Below, piece by piece: positions 24,467 through 26,897 of a stretch of DNA of 26,897 nt (positions are counted from its first letter, which is position 1; every line of letters starts with the position of its first letter). The stretch comes from a virus. Its lineage: Duplodnaviria; Caudoviricetes. The stretch spans positions 1-26,897 of the IMG/VR virus record IMGVR_UViG_3300047403_000130; one strand, 5' to 3'. A program made the position numbers and the translations under genes. Under the pieces are notes generated by a model. It made no database searches. It was not told the DNA's origin and was given only the letters and a program-made list of their open reading frames with translations.

Positions 24467-24681
24467 CAAGGCAGCGGTGCGGGGCAGTCAACCCTGCGCC
24501 CGACGAAGAATGGGACACGCATCCGTGTGGGGACTTCCCCGAGCACCGTGGCTTGCACGTTCCGTCGCCATACGGTGAGCCGTGGGGGACCGATCGCCAG
24601 CGGATCGAAACCTTGGAGGACAAAGTGGCCGATCTGATCCGTACCGTGGACACCCTGTGGGACTGGACGGCCGAGAGGTGA
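24463..24681 (+). CDS. Hypothetical protein (C..C....EH.G.H motif)
   Basis: GTGA overlap, GGAGG RBS; 72 aa. Confidence 0.65.
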   Translation: MTRQRCGAVNPAPDEEWDTHPCGDFPEHRGLHVPSPYGEPWGTDRQRIETLEDKVADLIRTVDTLWDWTAER

Positions 24682-24881
24682 TGCCCGCCAAGCCGCCCGT
24701 GTGGGCTTGGTGCGTCCAGTGCGAGGTGTGGGTCGGGTCCGTCCCGCCCCTGCTCCCGCCACTGTGGTCGAACACGAAAGCCGCCTACATGCACCGTCAA
24801 GGAACCGGCCACGTCGTCAAGCTCCGCACATGGGAGAAGATCGCAGAGCTGGCGTTGCAGGCCCGTAACGGAGGGTCGTGA
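24681..24881 (+). CDS. Hypothetical protein (CxxC...H....H zinc-finger-like)
   Basis: TGATG overlap; 66 aa. Confidence 0.58.
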   Translation: MPAKPPVWAWCVQCEVWVGSVPPLLPPLWSNTKAAYMHRQGTGHVVKLRTWEKIAELALQARNGGS

Positions 24882-25147
24882 TGGCTTGCAGAACCGCGCG
24901 GTTCGGGGCAAGTTTCGAGGTGTCGGACGAGGTTGCCGTTGCCGCCGACTTCGACCTGGAGGAGTACGTCCGCAAAGCCTTGGCGCGTAAGTTGCCTGAC
25001 GAGATCAGGTCCCGACGCGGTGCGCTTTACCGGGCAACTGGGCCGATGGGGGATGTTCGGTCTGCTCGCAATCTGTCCTTCTACACGACTACGTATGCCG
25101 CTCGCCGGCTGTACAAGTACGTCAGGCCGAAGAAGGCCAAGACGTGA
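24878..25147 (+). CDS. Hypothetical protein (basic)
   Basis: GGAGG RBS, GTGA overlap; 89 aa. Confidence 0.6.
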   Translation: MMACRTARFGASFEVSDEVAVAADFDLEEYVRKALARKLPDEIRSRRGALYRATGPMGDVRSARNLSFYTTTYAARRLYKYVRPKKAKT

Positions 25148-25527
25148 ACCGCCAGCACGATTACGGTGATGGTCCGGCCTGCCCGGACGACGCCGGCCAC
25201 GGGCACCTGTACACCTTGCGGGATGCGTTCCGTGAGGTATACTGGTGCGTAGTCACGCAGACCCGCTACCACATCGGGCCGGGCTACGTGCCCGGAGAGA
25301 GGATCACCAATGGGAACGACGCCTTACGACCCCACGCCGGAGCCGACGTTCGCGGAAACGCTCCGGCAGGACTTCGCCCTCGCCGTGACCGGCGACCGCT
25401 ACGGGCCGACCCGCCGGCGGGTCCTGTGGGGGATCGCCCTGCTGTCCCTGGTGCTGGCCCCGGTCCATCCGCTGGTGCCGATCGCCGGCATCATCGCCCT
25501 CGTGCTGATGGGGGAGTGACCCTGTGA
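25144..25527 (+). CDS. Hypothetical protein (3' half overlaps next ORF)
   Basis: GTGA overlap; N-half looks protein-like, C-half resembles an off-frame read. Confidence 0.42.
   Translation: MNRQHDYGDGPACPDDAGHGHLYTLRDAFREVYWCVVTQTRYHIGPGYVPGERITNGNDALRPHAGADVRGNAPAGLRPRRDRRPLRADPPAGPVGDRPAVPGAGPGPSAGADRRHHRPRADGGVTL
25310..25519 (+). CDS. Small putative membrane protein
   Basis: GGAGAGGA RBS; C-terminal hydrophobic stretch VLWGIALLSLVLAPVHPLVPIAGIIALVLM. Confidence 0.62.
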   Translation: MGTTPYDPTPEPTFAETLRQDFALAVTGDRYGPTRRRVLWGIALLSLVLAPVHPLVPIAGIIALVLMGE

Positions 25528-25640
25528 TCTTCGCCGTCTACCCCGGCGACCGCCTCATCGCCTTCGTCGCCGTCGCCGTGGCCTTCACGTTCTGCCGGTT
25601 CGCGGCGCATATCTGCCGGGAGGAAGCGGAGTGGAGTTGA
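25524..25640 (+). CDS. Small putative membrane peptide (38 aa)
   Basis: GTG after GGGGAG; MIFAVYPGDRLIAFVAVAVAFTFCRFAAHICREEAEWS; below ORF-track cutoff. Confidence 0.42.
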   Translation: MIFAVYPGDRLIAFVAVAVAFTFCRFAAHICREEAEWS

Positions 25641-26854
25641 CCCACGCCTCGTTCTTTTCTGGCGTAGGAGGGATGGACCTTGGCATCGAAGCCGCAGGCT
25701 GGCGGACCGTCAGCTTCTCCGAGATCGACCCGTACGCCAGCGCCGTCCTGGCCGAGCGATGGCCGGATGTGGCAAACCTGGGAGACATCACCGACCTTGC
25801 TCGCGCCGAACACGGGAGCGAAGCCGGTGAACGGGAAACGGCAGGACGGCAGCAGGCTGGATCGTATCCCGATCGCGTGGGCTGGACCCGTGCCGACCTC
25901 TGGACCGGCGGCTTCCCCTGCCAGGACCTCAGCGTCGCCGGCAAGCGGGCCGGGTTCACCAGCGGCGAGCGATCCGTCCTCGCCTTCACCTTCCTTGACC
26001 TTGTGGAGCGATACCGCCCTGCCGCCATCCTCCTCGAAAACGTCCCCGGCCTCCTCAGCTCGAACGACGGCCGGGACATGGGACGGCTCCTCCAGGAAAT
26101 GGCAGAACTCGGGTACGGCGTGGCGTGGCGGGTTCTCGACGCTCGACACTTCGGAGTGCCCCAGCGCCGGCGACGGGTTTTCATCCTCGGCCTGCGAAGC
26201 CAGCCTGACGACCCTTCGGGACATCTTGCAGCCGAGCGCGCCGCAGCGGTTCTCGCTGTCGGCACGCGCTGCGGAAGGCATCCTGCGAAGGGCGGCTCGA
26301 AGGGGGCGGATGCTCCCGACCGCTTTGCAGACGGCGTTGGAGGCGCTGGCGCTCTCCCCCAAGCCGTCACCAGCAAGTGGTATCGCGGAACCAGCGGCCC
26401 GGCTGGAGACGAGCACCACAACCTCATCTGTCCGCCGGCTGACGCCCGTGGAGACGGAGCGCCTGATGGGCTGGCCGGACGGCTGGACGATTGCGCGGGC
26501 GTGGAAGTCTGGACGAAGCGCGGGCGGGCGCAGTCGGCAGACGCCCCCGAAACGTGGGGCGACGGAACCGTGATGCCGACGCTCAACTCGTTCGACACGG
26601 GCGACAGCCGGGCGACGGCGCTGGTTGCGCCCACCGTCAACGCCAACAAGACCGGCGGCTGGCGGTACGACGCCGACCAGGCCGAGAGCCTGCAAGTCGC
26701 GCCCGCTGACGGCCCCGACGATCCGCTCCTGCCGCTCGGCCTCGACTCGCACCGCTACCGCTGCTGCGGGAACGGCGTCGTGGCCCCGGTGGCGTTCTGG
26801 ATCGCCCGCAGGCTGGCAGCAGCGATGACCGCCAGCGAGGAGGAAGCCGCATGA
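25631..26854 (+). CDS. C5-cytosine DNA methyltransferase, alpha polypeptide (lacks motif IX)
   Basis: FSGVGG (I), GGFPCQDLS (IV), LENV (VI), FGVPQRRRRVF (VIII), RYRCCGNGV (X). Confidence 0.92.
   Translation: MELTHASFFSGVGGMDLGIEAAGWRTVSFSEIDPYASAVLAERWPDVANLGDITDLARAEHGSEAGERETAGRQQAGSYPDRVGWTRADLWTGGFPCQDLSVAGKRAGFTSGERSVLAFTFLDLVERYRPAAILLENVPGLLSSNDGRDMGRLLQEMAELGYGVAWRVLDARHFGVPQRRRRVFILGLRSQPDDPSGHLAAERAAAVLAVGTRCGRHPAKGGSKGADAPDRFADGVGGAGALPQAVTSKWYRGTSGPAGDEHHNLICPPADARGDGAPDGLAGRLDDCAGVEVWTKRGRAQSADAPETWGDGTVMPTLNSFDTGDSRATALVAPTVNANKTGGWRYDADQAESLQVAPADGPDDPLLPLGLDSHRYRCCGNGVVAPVAFWIARRLAAAMTASEEEAA
25995..26573 (+). CDS. Overlapping +1-frame C5-MTase beta polypeptide carrying motif IX (EcoHK31I-beta-like)
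   Basis: WQNSGTAWRG..., LRDIL..FSLSARAAEGILRRA..RG..LP, VRRLTPVETERLMGWPDGWT; start uncertain (TTG 25995/26001, or ATG 25680). Confidence 0.72.
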   Translation: MTLWSDTALPPSSSKTSPASSARTTAGTWDGSSRKWQNSGTAWRGGFSTLDTSECPSAGDGFSSSACEASLTTLRDILQPSAPQRFSLSARAAEGILRRAARRGRMLPTALQTALEALALSPKPSPASGIAEPAARLETSTTTSSVRRLTPVETERLMGWPDGWTIARAWKSGRSAGGRSRQTPPKRGATEP

Positions 26855-26897
26855 CAACCGCCACCCGCCCAACGCCCGGCCCGCCTGACGCGAAGAT
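26851..26897 (+). CDS. Partial hypothetical protein (runs off window)
   Basis: ATGA overlap with MTase stop, GAGGAGG RBS. Confidence 0.5.
   Translation, partial: MTTATRPTPGPPDAK

Noticed and set aside
26400-26500. C5-MTase as a frameshifted pseudogene
   Set aside because: The main frame stays open through motif X and the +1 frame has its own long protein-like segment; a two-chain enzyme fits better
25538-26872. Long minus-strand ORFs (444 and 354 aa) opposite the MTase
   Set aside because: Antisense shadows of the two plus-strand coding frames; no recognisable motifs or RBS

Overview
High-GC tailed-phage (probably podovirus-like) genome segment with two divergent arms that meet at a control region near 15.3-15.6 kb. 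The minus-strand late arm carries VRR-NUC nuclease, HAD phosphatase, dATP/dGTP diphosphohydrolase-like protein, small and large terminase, portal, two very large putative internal virion/ejection proteins (840 and 1850 aa), scaffold and an N4-gp56-type major capsid protein. The plus-strand arm carries tRNA-Leu(CAA), an SSB-like protein, an HTH protein, primase-polymerase, a Mom-family adenine modifier, a phage Dam-type methyltransferase and a D5 helicase. These are followed by a repeat-rich ori/terminus-like region, many small early-type ORFs and a C5 cytosine methyltransferase. Three observations stand out: (1) a circularly permuted C5-DNA methyltransferase domain embedded in the 1850-aa putative virion protein, suggesting a methylase co-injected with the genome; (2) a second C5-MTase split into two overlapping reading frames, with motif IX in the +1 frame as in M.EcoHK31I; (3) a mom gene bracketed by a 15-bp direct repeat. 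All calls come from reading motifs by eye; no database searches were run and the host is not determined.
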